Source: Acanthopagrus schlegelii
Lineage: Eukaryota
Assembly: GCA_041753875.1 (NCBI GenBank)
Contig: CM085480.1
Span: 5,735,958-5,799,957, forward strand
Direction: 5' to 3'
DNA length: 64,000 nucleotides
Under the pieces are notes generated by a model. It saw only the letters and a list, made by a program, of their open reading frames with translations. It was not told where the DNA came from and ran no database searches. A program made the position numbers and the translations under genes. Within the stretch, counting starts at the first letter, position 1. Every line of letters starts with the position of its first letter. Shown here one piece after another: positions 49,140 through 61,236 of the stretch.

Positions 49140-51300
49140 GTTTACTGTTTTTCAGAATGAGACAAGAACACATGGACAAACAGATAATAGAAAAAAAGAA
49201 TAGAAAAAAGACCCTCCTCCCCCCCCACCCCAAAACTAACAAGTGAAACAAGAAACATGAAAATCAGCACAACATAATTAAGAGATAATAATGTGTCAAA
49301 CGTGTCTCTCTTGTGTTCATTATAAAGTCTCAGTCTCTCCGGGTGAAGTAAATTTAATGTGGGTGCAATGTCTGACCTCCATGCCTGGAGGATTAACTTC
49401 CTGCAATCACAGTTCCAAATAGGATAGCCCTTTCTCGTATTTATTGGCAAAAGACAAAGGGGTAGTTGCCCAAGAATGGCTACCGATGGATCAGGCTCCC
49501 AACATTTCCCATAAGCCATAGAGAAGCAATGAAAAATACTTTTCCAGTATGTAAGTATTTGTTGCAAATGGGTGAAACATCAGCAAAGAAATTGCAGTTT
49601 TTCTCTAGAATAATAGAATGTCTTGTCTTAAACTGTATAAGGCAATGCTTGACATTCACAGAGCAATCATGTATACTTTTTAAACATTCATCCCATACTT
49701 CACCTCACAGTTCTGTATTCAGTTCATCTGTCCATGCCTGTCTAAGACTCACTGTGTTCAATGGAGCATTGTTGTGTAAGATCTGGTAAAAGAATGAAGT
49801 AGCCTCTTTAGCTGCAGGGTCAAACTTGTTCATTGCCTCAAGGGTCTCATGCTCTATCACAATTTCAAAGTTGTGTAAATGCATCTTGATTCAGGAATGT
49901 CATATGAGGCAAAAATGTTGTTAATATATAAATCACCTATGTTGCAAATGCCTTTCCCCTTCCAGAGAGGGAAAACACTATCAGTCAGAACTGGTAAAAA
50001 AAAGAATGGTTTTCACATATTGGGTTGCCCAAGTAGGTTTTTGGAGACTCAATGTAATGTTTTATTTGCTTCCAGATTCTTATGGTGTTGCCAGTTACAA
50101 AACTGTTAACAAAGAATACCTTTTTAACAGCAGTGGCACTGTTAAGATGAGCAGATAATTAAGTATAAAACTATATTCATATCATAGAGCAGTTATTTTA
50201 TTAAGTACTTCTGTTTTAGGTTCAGTTTTCTTTGAATGATCATGATCATCAATTTTGGTTAGTCTTTCCTTAGATTTTTTTTTTCGCTGCTGCCTCATAC
50301 AATATTATATGGTCTCTAAGGACAGCCTTTATGGCCTCCCACAGAGTGGAATCATCCACATCGCCCATGTCATTGGTACTTAAATATAGTTCTATTTTAC
50401 CAGAAAGATAGGTACGAAATTCTTTAACTTTTAAAAATGTATTTTTCAAACACCAGTTATGTTCACCTCTCTTATGGTTCAAGTCAAGACTTAAGGAGAC
50501 AGGAGCATGATCTGATATTAGTATATTATAAGTGCAGTCAACAACTGACTGTTGCAACTTAGAATCCAACAAAAAGAAATCAATCCTAGAGTAGAATTTA
50601 TGTACTGTGGAAAAATAAGAAAAATCCTTTGTGGTAGGGTGGAGACGCCTCCAGATTTCCACCAAAAAATGAGTGTGCCAATATACATGTGTATATGTGT
50701 AAACATATATATATGTTTCTAAATATACTGGTCTGGGAGTGCTGTTGACCAAGAATAAGATCTCAAACGTAGTTAAAATTTCCACCAATGATTACATTTG
50801 AATCCGACAAATTCGGTAAAGTGTTGAAAAGGTTCTAAAAAAAAAAAGCGGGTTGCTGAAATTGGCCCCATATTAGGGGTGTAATGATTCATCTACTACA
50901 TCGAGGATTCGATTTATATTCCTACGATCCAACTACATTGATCTGTGCTCGGCAAGTTGGCCTTCCTTATTTGGGAGTGGATAAATGGTATATTTTTTCT
51001 TACAATAATTGCAAAGCCTCTTGATTTTGAACTGAAGTTCAACTGATAGACCTGTGAAGCCCATGAGGGACAAACTATTTTTGCTGCAGTTTTTTTAATG
51101 TCTATCTCCTGAAGAAAATACATGTCAAATTTAAGTGCCCGTTTTTGAAATGAATCAATTCATCTTTGGGTAATGGAAAAAGCGTTCTTGCTTTCTCAGA
51201 CTTAATCCACTCTAAAGTGACTGGTGGTATGTAGTGATGTTTAATCATAAATAAATCTAGAAATAAAACCCTAAGCCTATCAAACATCATATGTCCTTAA
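49140..51300 (-). mobile_element. L1-like LINE ORF2 remnant (endonuclease domain and start of the downstream region), degenerate
   Basis: The minus-strand ORFs read 'QKRALKFDMYFLQEIDIKK...GFAIIVRKNIPF' (endonuclease N-terminus) and 'FSTVHKFYSRIDFFLLD...ISDHAPVSLSL...NWCLKNTFLK...LWEAIKAVLRDHIILYEA' (endonuclease C-terminus). The reverse-transcriptase core is missing or unrecognisable. Confidence 0.6.
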
Positions 51301-52012
51301 AGGATTGATAACATAACTCCTTATCAACTTGACAGAACCCAAAGTTTTTCAATGAACTCTCTCCTGTTCATGCAGGGTTAGGGTGCATGCTTGGAAACCC
51401 TGTGCATTACATCAACCTTAAACTCTTAATAGGATGTACTAGGGCTTTCACTTTTTATTCTAAATTTGAATATTCGTTTCGAAAGTGGAGGGAAAAGTTT
51501 GTATTTGAATGTAAAGACCTGTCCGAAATCAAAATGTACGGTCTATTAGCGCAACTGACAGCTTGAAGTAATTCACCTTGTGATCCAGCAGAGGGCGCCA
51601 TTAATTTAGCTTGACCTCTTGCGCGCCCTGTTAACTCTAGACCTGTCAATTCAGCTAGTAGTATTATGTTATTTGCTATGAAAATGGAGGACACTAGCGA
51701 GCAAAGCCATCCTGTGCGGACAATCGCGACACCAAAGCATCTGAGATGTAATGTATGGAAGTATTTACTGTTCTACACCGTAGATGGAAAAGTAACTATC
51801 AAAGCAGCTGTCTTACTCCACAACAACAACAAATCTGCAGACTCACCTGCTAGCTTACAACCACATAAGCTAACATTAGCAGTGGAGTATACAACCTCGT
51901 CTGACAGACTACTACTCGGCACACTCGGCTTCACCGGGGGGTAATTTATTCGAATTCATTCGACTAAATTGTGTGTCATTTCAAATTCGTTCAAACTTCC
52001 ATCCATCCATCC

Positions 52013-55000
52013 ATCCATCCGCTTATCCAATACCGGGTCGCGGGGGCAGCTGTCTGAGCAGGGACACCCAGACTTCCCTCACCCCGGACACTTCTTCCAG
52101 CTCTTCTGGGGGGATCCCAAGGCGTTCCCAGGCCAGCTGGGCGACATAGTCGCTCCAGCGTGTCCTGGGTCTTCCCCGGGGTCTCCTCCCAGCGGGACAT
52201 GCCAGTAACACCTCCCGGGGGAGGCGTCCCGGGGGCATCCGAAACAGATGCCCGAGCCACCTCAACTGGCTCCTCTCGATGTGGAGGAGCAGCGGCTCTA
52301 CTCCGAGCTCCTCCCAGGTGACAGAGCTCCTCACCCTATCTCTAAGGGAGCGCCCTGCCACCCTGCGGAGGAAACTCATTTCAGCCGCTTGTATCCGGGA
52401 TCTTATTCTTTCGGTCATGACCCAAAGTTCATGACCATAGGTGAGGGTAGTAACGTAGGTTGACCGGTAAATCGAGAGCTTCGCCTTTCGACTCAGCTCT
52501 CTCTTCACCACGACAGACCGGTATAACGACCGCATTACTGCGGCCGCCGCACCAATCCGCCTGTCAATCTCACGCTCCAGCCTTCCCTCACTCGTGAGCA
52601 AGACCCCAAGATACTTAAACTCCTCCACCTGAGGCAGTAGCTCTCCCCCAACCCGGAGGGGACAAGCCACCTTTTTCCGGTCGAGAACCATGGCCTTGGA
52701 TTTGGAGGTGCTGATTGTCATCCCAGCCGCTTCACACTCGGCTGCAAACCGCCCCAGGACATGCTGGAGGTCCCAGCTCGAAGGAGCCAACAAGACCAAA
52801 TCATCCGCGAAAAGCAGAGATGAAATCCTGTGGCTCCCAAACCAGATCCCCTCCGGCCCGTGGCTGCGCCTAGAAATTCTGTCCATGAAAATAATGAACA
52901 GAACCGGTGACAAAGGGCAGCCCTGCCGGAGTCCAACATGCACCGGGAACAGGTCTGACTTACTGCCGGCAATGCGAACCAAGCTCCTGCTCCGCTCGTA
53001 CAGGGACCGTACGGCCCTTAACAGAGGGCCTCCGACCCCGTACTCCCGGACCACCTCCCACAGAATGCCACGAGGGAATGCCTTCTCCAAATCCACAAAA
53101 CACATGTGGACTGGTTGGGCAAACTCCCATGAACCCTCGAGCACCCTGCGGAGGGTATGGATGTTCCACGGCCCGGACGAAAACCGCATTGTTCCTCCTG
53201 GATCCGAGGTTCGACTATCGGCTGAATTCTCCTCTCCAGTACCCTGGAATAGACTTTCCCGGGGAGGCTGAGGAGTGTGATCCCCCGATAGTTGGAGCAC
53301 ACCCTCCGGTCCCCCTTTTTAAATAGGGGGACCACCACCCCGGTCTGCCAGTCCAGAGGCACTGTCCCCGACTGCCATGCAATGTTGCAGAGACGTGTCA
53401 ACCAAGACAGCCCTACAACATCCAGAGACTTGAGGTACTCAGGGCGGATCTCATCCACCCCCGGTGCTTTGCCACCGAGGAGCTTCCCGACTACCTCGGT
53501 GACTTTGGCTTGGGTGATGAATGAGTCAACCTCTGAGTCCCCAGCCTCTGCTTCCTCTATCGAAGACATGTCAGTGGGATTGAGGAGATCCTCGAAGTAT
53601 TCCTTCCACCACCCGACAATATCCCCAGTCGAGGTCAACAGCTCCCCACCTCCACTGTAAACAGTGTTGGTGGAGAACTGCTTCCCCCTCCTGAGGCGCC
53701 GGATGGTTTGCCAGAATTTCCTCGAGGCTGACCAATAGTCCTCCTCCATGGCCTCTCCGAACTTTTCCCAGACCCGAGTTTTTGCTTTCGCGACTGCCTG
53801 TGCTGCTGCTCGCCTGGCCTGCTGGTACCCGTCAGCTTCTTCAGGAGTCCCCCGGGTCAACCAGGCTCGGTAGGACTCCTTCTTCAGCTTGACAGCATCC
53901 CTTACTTCCGGAGTCCACCACCGGGTTCGGGGATTGCCGCCACGACAAGCACCGGAGACCCTACTGCCACAGCTCCAACAGCCGCGTCAACAATAGAGGT
54001 GGAGAACATGGTCCATTCGGACTCAATGTCCCCAGCCTCCCTTGGGATCAGGTCCAAGCTTTCCCGGAGGTGGGAGTTAAAGACCCCTTTGACAGAGGGT
54101 TCTGCCAGACGTTCCCAGCAGATCCTCACAATATGGGCCTGCCAGGTCTGTCCAGCTTCCTCCCCTGCCAACAGATCCGACTCACCACCAGGTGGTGATC
54201 AGTTGACAGCTCAGCCCCTCTCTTCACCCGAGTGTCCAAGACATACAGCCGGAGGCCAGATGACACGACCTCCGGCCTAGGGTGTCCTGGTGCCATGTGC
54301 ACACATGGACACCCTTATGCTTGAACATGGTGTTCGTTATGGACAAACTGTGACTAGCACAGAAGTCCAGTAACAAAACACCACTCTGGTTCAGATCGGG
54401 GAGGCCGTTCCTCCCAATCACACCCCTCCAGGTAACACTGTCGTTGCCCACGTGAGTGTTGAAGTCCCCCAGAAGAACGACGGAGTCCCCTGTTGGAGCA
54501 CTCTCCAGTACCCCTCCCAGGGACTCCAAGAAGGCCAGGTACTCTACACTGCTATTCGGCCCATAAGCCGAAACAACAGTGAGAGACCTATCCCCGACCC
54601 GAAGGCACAGGGAAACGACCCTCTCGTTCACTGGGGTAAACCCCAACACATGGCGGCTGAGCCGAGGAGCTATAAGCAAGCCCACACCAGCTCGCCGCCT
54701 CTCACCGCGGGCAACTCCAGAATAGAAGAGAGTCCAGCCTCTCTCAAGGAGTTCAGTTCCAGAGCCCAGACTGTGCATAGAGGAGAGCATGACTATCTCT
54801 AGTCCGTACCGCTCAACCTCGCACCAGCTCAGGCTCTTTCCCCCCCAGTGAGGTGACATTCCATGTCCCCATGGCTAGAGTCACCATCCGGGGATTGGGT
54901 CGCCGGGGCCCCCGCCCACGACCGCCACCCAAATCACACCGCACCCGCCCCTTCTGAACCCTCCTGCGAGTGGTGAGCCCACAGGAGGGTGGGCCCACGT

Positions 55001-55200
55001 CGCTCCTTCGGGCTGCGCCCGGCCGGGTCCCGTGGGCAAAGACCCGGCCACCAGGCGCTCGCCTGCGAGCCCCAACCCCAGGCCTGGCTCCAGGGTGGGG
55101 CCCCAGTAACGCCAATCCGGGCGACGTGCGCATCCTCGATCTTAGCTCTGTCATCAGGGGCTTTTGAACCGGTCTTAGTGTGACCTGTCACCTAGGACCT
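52013..55200 (-). mobile_element. Near-full-length non-LTR retrotransposon (APE endonuclease plus reverse transcriptase), disabled by at least two frameshifts; 3' end carries a (GGAT)n tail
   Basis: The minus-strand ORFs 54859-54224 (endonuclease motif '[15 protein letters not shown]...[10 protein letters not shown]'), 53860-53018 and 53300-52023 (reverse transcriptase with 'FADDLVLLA' and the C-terminal 'RPRGRPRTRWSDYV') overlap in different frames. The 3' terminus is 'ggataagcgg(atgg)n' on the element strand. The 5' end is not well defined. Confidence 0.8.
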
Positions 55201-57117
55201 GTTTGCCTTGGGTGATCCTACCAGGGGCATTAAGCCCTGGACAACATAGCTCCTAGGATCATTCGGGTGCTCAAACTCCTCCACCACGATAATCAAGACA
55301 AACTTGATTTTTTTTAAAAGTGACTCCGGTGTAATGACACACCAGTGTGTAAGCCACAAGCCAGCACCGCAGATCCAAAAGAGGCATGACTGTACATGAT
55401 AACGACGATATCTGTGTGTATTTTTCAACGTGTTTCCACTGGTGTCCTCCTGTCAATCTAAACATGTACCCACTGACTGTTTATAATCATATGGATGCTG
55501 TCATAATGTGTTGTGGTTGAGATCTTGACCCACCATGCATCCTGGAAGGTAACAAAGTTACGTTTTTCCCTCAAAATTTCATAATTACATAACTGCAACT
55601 GTAAACTGGACGTTGTCTGACTCTCACTCATGGGGAGGGAGGCTGTTTTCTGGGGGAAACTTCATTGAATTCTCAGTCAGGATTAACTACAACAACACAA
55701 TAGTGGAAGATGACAAAACACTTAGTGAGTTAAAGTTTTTTGCCAGGGACAGAGGCTGTTTTTCAGGCAAACATGTGATGAGGAGTCGGTAGGACAGACA
55801 GGGGACAGACATTTTGTCAAAGTCAATTTGAATACTGACGGCTGAAGTGATTTTGAAAAACCTGCTGAATATACAGGAAAATACTTGCCTGAAATGCATA
55901 AAACTACAACATTTTGGTACATGAAAAGTTTCTTTAGCTGAACAAAAAGCTGAATATTGGAAATAGGCCTCCAGAATTTTAGGCTCAAAAGTAACAGTGT
56001 GGTTAATGGGGGAGATGCCAGAGTGCTTGTCGCTCTGGGGCTTCATATCCAAAAGTTTAAGTCCTACATTTGAAATAACATCATCAGCTGAAAGCCGTCA
56101 AGATGTCCTGCATTTCTATGTGTATATTGTCTATGTGAAGTAAAGGATGTGGGATCTAAATCAATCCGAAGAGAATTTTATCTCCAGTTTCTGTAGCTGA
56201 TCTCCACTAGTACACACCTATTATAAAATCTGATGACTGTAGTTGCTGAAGTAGTAGCAGAATGAAATTCCCATAAGGATGAATGGGAGAAAATTTGCAG
56301 AAAAAGCTGAATATTTCATGCTTGCAGCATACACACTAATACGTGGACAGCCATGTTGTTTAGATGTCAATCACAGAATGTGATTTTGAATGTAAACATT
56401 TAGAATCAAAGGTAAAAGAAATGGAAATGTCCAAAAAGGCAATAAATCAAAGACAAATGGAACCTTCAATCATCAAAGCTGAGATTCCATGATGCATGTC
56501 AGCAAGGGTATAAAAGGGAAAGCTTCAGACTGTCCCATCATTTTCTACGTTCAATCGTCTCAACAGGTTACACTGCTGATGAAGAGGGAAAGCAAAGCGA
56601 ATAATCAACAGGCAGATCACTGACACACTGTCAGACAACAGGCTTACAATGCTCAGCTCCAAGTTGAGAAGATCAGTGTTTCACAGCATGAAATCAGCCA
56701 AAGATACCCAACTGACTTCATCACTGTCAGACAACAGGCCAACACTCTTCAACACAAGCTTGAAAAGGAAGTCAGGTCTCACGCAGACACAGTGTTGGTT
56801 GGCTCGCATGTGATCATCAACTTGAGGGTTGAGCTGGACACCCTTTGCCAGAAGATGGCAAAGAAGATCAGTGTCTGGCAGCAAGAGACCACAGGTGATG
56901 TGAGAGCTAGTCGTGAGGAGAAGTGCGAGGAAGAGCCAATGGAGTGCGAGGATGATCCAGTGGAGCTGCAGTAATCGCTCCCTGAAGTCCAACGATAACG
57001 CACTGGCTCCTGAACTCCCAGAGGAAGATCAAGTCCCTGAGGAGACTCTCCCAAAAACGTCAGAGTGACCCCTTCGATCTGGGTCGTGGGTTCTTCTGGG
57101 TCCTCCGGTTTCCACAA

Positions 57118-57305
57118 GAAAAATAATACAAATTGAAAATAAATTTGAAAATTCAATTTGAAAATAAATTTGGAAATGAATCTGGAAGTGAATTTGAACA
57201 TGAATTTGGAAATGAATCTGGCAATGAATCTGAAAATAAATCTGGAAATGAATTTGGAAATAAATCTGGAAATAAATCTGGAAATGAATTTGGAAATGAA
57301 TTAGA
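57118..57305. repeat. Minisatellite, about 16 copies of a 12-bp unit (aaatgaatttgg / aaataaatctgg)
   Basis: The run is directly visible: 'gaaaataaatttggaaatgaatctggaagtgaatttgaacatgaatttggaaatgaatctgg...'. Confidence 0.8.
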
Positions 57306-59531
57306 AAAATAACATTTTTAAATGAAATTGAAAATCAGATGTCTGCATTAATAGTTGTATTTTGCAGGATGTTGTATTTTTGTGTTTATAGAGGTGGCAG
57401 TTCATTTTATGCACATGGTCAACAGGTGTGTGGAATATCCTGATCAACAGGAACATTATTATATCACTAATGAAAACACATTGACGACATGTTAGAGCGA
57501 TGCTAGCAGCTCTCTGAAGCTGTACTTAACAGCCAACCAACACAAATAATTGAATGTGTGGCAAAAACTAGTCAGTGCAAAAACAACAACAATCTGAGAT
57601 GTTGCGTTTGTGTGTTATTGCTTGGGGTTTTAGTTAATAAGGTAATTTCAGTATTTGTGTTTACATTTTATTAAGTTATGCCACATATTTAAATACGTAG
57701 CCTGTACTAGCCTACTCAACCACAGTAGAATTGCAAAAATCAAGAAGAAATGACGAAGTATACAAGTCCAAAAACATCAGGAAGGCCTGACATTCGATTT
57801 CTGAAATGCTCTATGAAGTACGACGGTACAAAACAGTGTCACTCAGTGGAATCAAGGAGTAAGCGAGGTTGTGTGTCAGCTAGAGTTTATACATAGCAGT
57901 TGGAAAGATGAGCTATGACCATCGGAGCATCTCTCTGTGGTTGCAGAAGATGGTGGGGTGGCGTTTCGCGACTGTTGAGTATTAATTTCAGGAAACATGG
58001 TTACTGTTAATTCTGAAAGTAAATGAACAACGTCCCCATCTTTTACTCCCTGTCTCAACTAACTTATCACACTCGGTAGACAGTCAACAGTCTTCCACAT
58101 GTTACACAACAAAACACACTTTATTTATCTACTGCATCCAATAAACATTATCCAGTCAAACAATATCACAGTTTCTCGTTAATATTTTGATGCATTGTAA
58201 GAACCAAAATAACATGTTTTGGTGATAAGTGACCCAAAAAACATCATCACTTCGCGATGACTTATCACATTTCAAAATAATAATTTGGTATCTATCTTTA
58301 TACTTTATCGTAACAACGAATTATCTTCTAATAATGAGAAACTCTCAAAATGACTTAGTATTAACCAGTTCTTTATCTGAAAAAACATGATCTAATGTTA
58401 TTTAGAGACATGATGACTTACAGGATTTTTTTTCTCAAAGTTCCAGAAATGAGGTACCACCATTCATCTGTTACATGTTTTCAATGGGTGCAGTAACAGT
58501 AACCGAGCTAACACTGCCCAGTCCTTGAGCACTAGCTGCTTGGCTAACTGAGCTAATTTGTTAAGGGCAGCTACAGTTGGCAGCAGTAAGCAGGTACTCC
58601 GTTTATACGCTGCCCCCCATTTGTTTTTGAGCTTTACAGGTGGCCAATTCTTACATATTGCACCACTAAAATGTAATGAGCTTATTGCAGATATAACCTT
58701 ATATTGACTGATCTGTGTGTGTGGTAGCAGATAAGTTACAAGAAACTGCAGCATAGAAATGGAAGTTGACGGAAGTCCGCTGCATGCTTCCTTTAATAGC
58801 AGGGGTTTAACATCGGCGTTTGTTTGACTGAGGAGGTGAGAATATGGGCCACGAGTCTATAGTTAAGTAAATCTGTCAAGTGTCGCCACGTTTCTTCCGA
58901 TGCATATGTTGTACGTCACTGTTCACGCTCAACTTCATGCTTCATGTCATGTCACATGTTTATGCCTACGCCAGTGTCGACTTTTTGGGAAAGAAGGAAT
59001 ATTAAACCTCCCTTTTGGATAGACAGGGCGGCAGAGTGCAGCCTTTACCTTGCAGCAAATGTGCCATCTTTTCTATCTAAAAGAGGCTAGTAATTCCTCT
59101 CTCAACCAGTGGAAAATGCTGTGAACACCTGATTATGCACGAAAAAAAATACCTCCATATACCGTGAAACCTAACCCTATCCATTTTGAGAAATACCATG
59201 ATATACATTTCTCCAAACAGGGTAGACGAGACACCCCCTTTCACAAATAATCACTGAGAATAAAATAAAACTCATTAGTCCTCACCCAAACTAAACATGA
59301 GCATAGCTTATGAACTGGCAGTCTTTGTTAAACAATGTTCACTTACACCATCCTTTCATGTGGCAGCATTTATTACATAACGTGTCTGGAATATCAGTCC
59401 ATCCCCTGGCTTGCAGCAGCACTGACGGCTATGTCCCATCCCTCAACTTCAGAGCTCAGGAACTTCTCGGCTTCGGCCAAGTTAATGAATGTGCCGGTGT
59501 TGTTGACAATGACCACTAAGCGTATTGGGTT

Positions 59532-60230
59532 TCAGAATCCACACTGAATCGACTTGGCCCCGCACTTCTCCCTGATGGCTTGAAAAGCCTGACATTTCTT
59601 CATCATGGCCGAGGTGAAATCCAGAAAAAATGTACGCTGGGCGGCATTATATTGTAGAGGAGCTTTCTCTCTTGCAGGCTGTAGCACAAGCTCTGTCACC
59701 TGATAATAGTGTATCCTAGCGATGATGGCTCTTGCTTTGCTGTCTGTAGCCGGAGCCAGGCTCAGGTGGGCCCAGTCCATTTCTGTTGGAAAGTTGGAAT
59801 GCTCCTCTCCAAGCAGTTTAGGAAGCAGTTTAGATATAAACTCCGTTGGCCGGCCATTTTCTGTCTTCTCCTTAATCCCGACACTACGAATATTCTGCCT
59901 GTAGGAGTGGGCCTCAAGGTCATCTAGCTTATCTTGTTGCTGCTTGTATTGGGAAGCCAACGTGTCATATCGCCTCTCTAGCCCCTATAGTCACCTCTCA
60001 TGTTACTCGGTGGTGGCCTCAGTAGACGACACCTGGTCACTGAGTTTGGTTAGGGCTGCTTTAAAGTCCAAGATAACTCCATTGATGGTAGTAGGAGCCA
60101 GGGAACTAGCTACACTAGCTATAGCTTCACATACGTCTGTTAGCATGTCACAATGGTCGCCAAAGTTGTCCTGCCCAGGACATTTGTCTTGCTTCTTTCC
60201 TTTCTCTTTTTTATTCATCTCGACAAGGAT
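59532..60230 (-). mobile_element. L1-like ORF1 (Transposase_22-type) fragment
   Basis: The ORF reads 'IRSVGIKEKTENGRPTEFISKLLPKLLG...MDWAHLSLAP...ARAIIARIHYYQVTELVLQPARE...RTFFLDFTSAMMKKCQAFQAIREK', preceded by a coiled-coil ORF. This matches the L1 ORF1p RRM/CTD pattern. Confidence 0.55.
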
Positions 60231-60516
60231 GTTTTAGTTCACTTCTGGCACTTGAAATGATGATTTAATGTCTTATGCACGAGGCAACGGTGAAGTCGAG
60301 GTGGAACTCCCCTAACACACGTTACTCCATATAAAAACCAGACTGGAAGACCTGAAAGAAACAAAGTTATGTTTATTGCTCTAAATTACATAATTATACC
60401 CCACCCGCTTATCCATTCACATTTGTTCAGTTTGCCGGTGCTGTGCCACGGATACTACCTCCAGAGGCGTACACAGGAGAGTGCTGAGAATTAGAGGAGG
60501 TGGCAGTCGATCAGCT

Positions 60517-60547
<31 letters not shown>

Positions 60548-61080
60548 AGTCCGTGATGGGCCTGGTCTCTTTGCATCTGTGTGAATAGGGAGATGACATG
60601 TCCAGCTTGTCCACAGCATACGCAGTCGTCCACCGAATCTCTGCTGGTGTTCTGCTGGGGTGAGACACATCCTGCCAAGTTGCATAGACTGAGGGTGTAG
60701 ATGGAGATGGGCATGTGGTAGAGTTGGCTGGTGGCATATACAGTATTTTGGGCTTTTAGGCTGAGGGTTGGCAGGCACTAATCTAGTGTCCCTTTCCCTA
60801 CGTCTTTCTCTTAACATATTGTCTAGACGTATGGACATTGAAATGTGGACCTCCAGGGAGGTGGTCTCATTTAGACACTTGTTAGCAATCGCCTTTCTAA
60901 GACACGTAAACATTTATAATTCAAACATGGGTGATTCAATTAAACAATTATCTGTCTGACATTATCACCTTGCTTTTGTTTTTACTATGTTTTAGCTATG
61001 ATGATCAGGTTATTACAGTAATAATGTATATTATATCATAGAATGAATGGCTTTATCTTATCTACCTCTACCTTGAACAG

Positions 61081-61184
61081 AAGTTCATCTCTAAAACCAT
61101 CACGGAAGACAATTGGATTGGTTTGAATGACAGAGAAGAGGAGGGGACCTGGAAATGGACAGATGGAACTCCACTGACTGTGGG
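61081..61184 (+). CDS. C-type lectin receptor exon 5 (CTLD part 2); downstream CTLD exon(s) not found in the window
   Basis: Translation KFISKTITEDNWIGLNDREEEGTWKWTDGTPLTV with the canonical WIGL.D...EG.W.W.DG motif. Acceptor ttgaacag|aag, donor gg|gtaagg. Phase is continuous with exon 4. Confidence 0.75.
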
Positions 61185-61236
61185 GTAAGGCAAACAGTTC
61201 AACACTTGATTTGAAAATAGACACAAATACACCAAA

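Noticed and set aside
52248-53660. Plus-strand ORFs (71, 193, 139 and 122 aa) overlapping the LINE
   Set aside because: They are antisense or alternate-frame readings of the minus-strand LINE endonuclease/reverse-transcriptase coding sequence. The GC-rich element yields long spurious ORFs.
54813-55191. Arg/Gly/Pro-rich ORFs on both strands at the 5' end of the LINE
   Set aside because: This is the GC-rich 5'UTR / ORF start region of the LINE. Only the frame containing '[21 protein letters not shown]' (endonuclease start) is meaningful.
56792-56974. 60-aa acidic ORF (…EEKCEEEPMECEDDPVELQ) on the plus strand
   Set aside because: It is too short, isolated, and without a recognisable family. 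It is noted under the minisatellite finding only as context.
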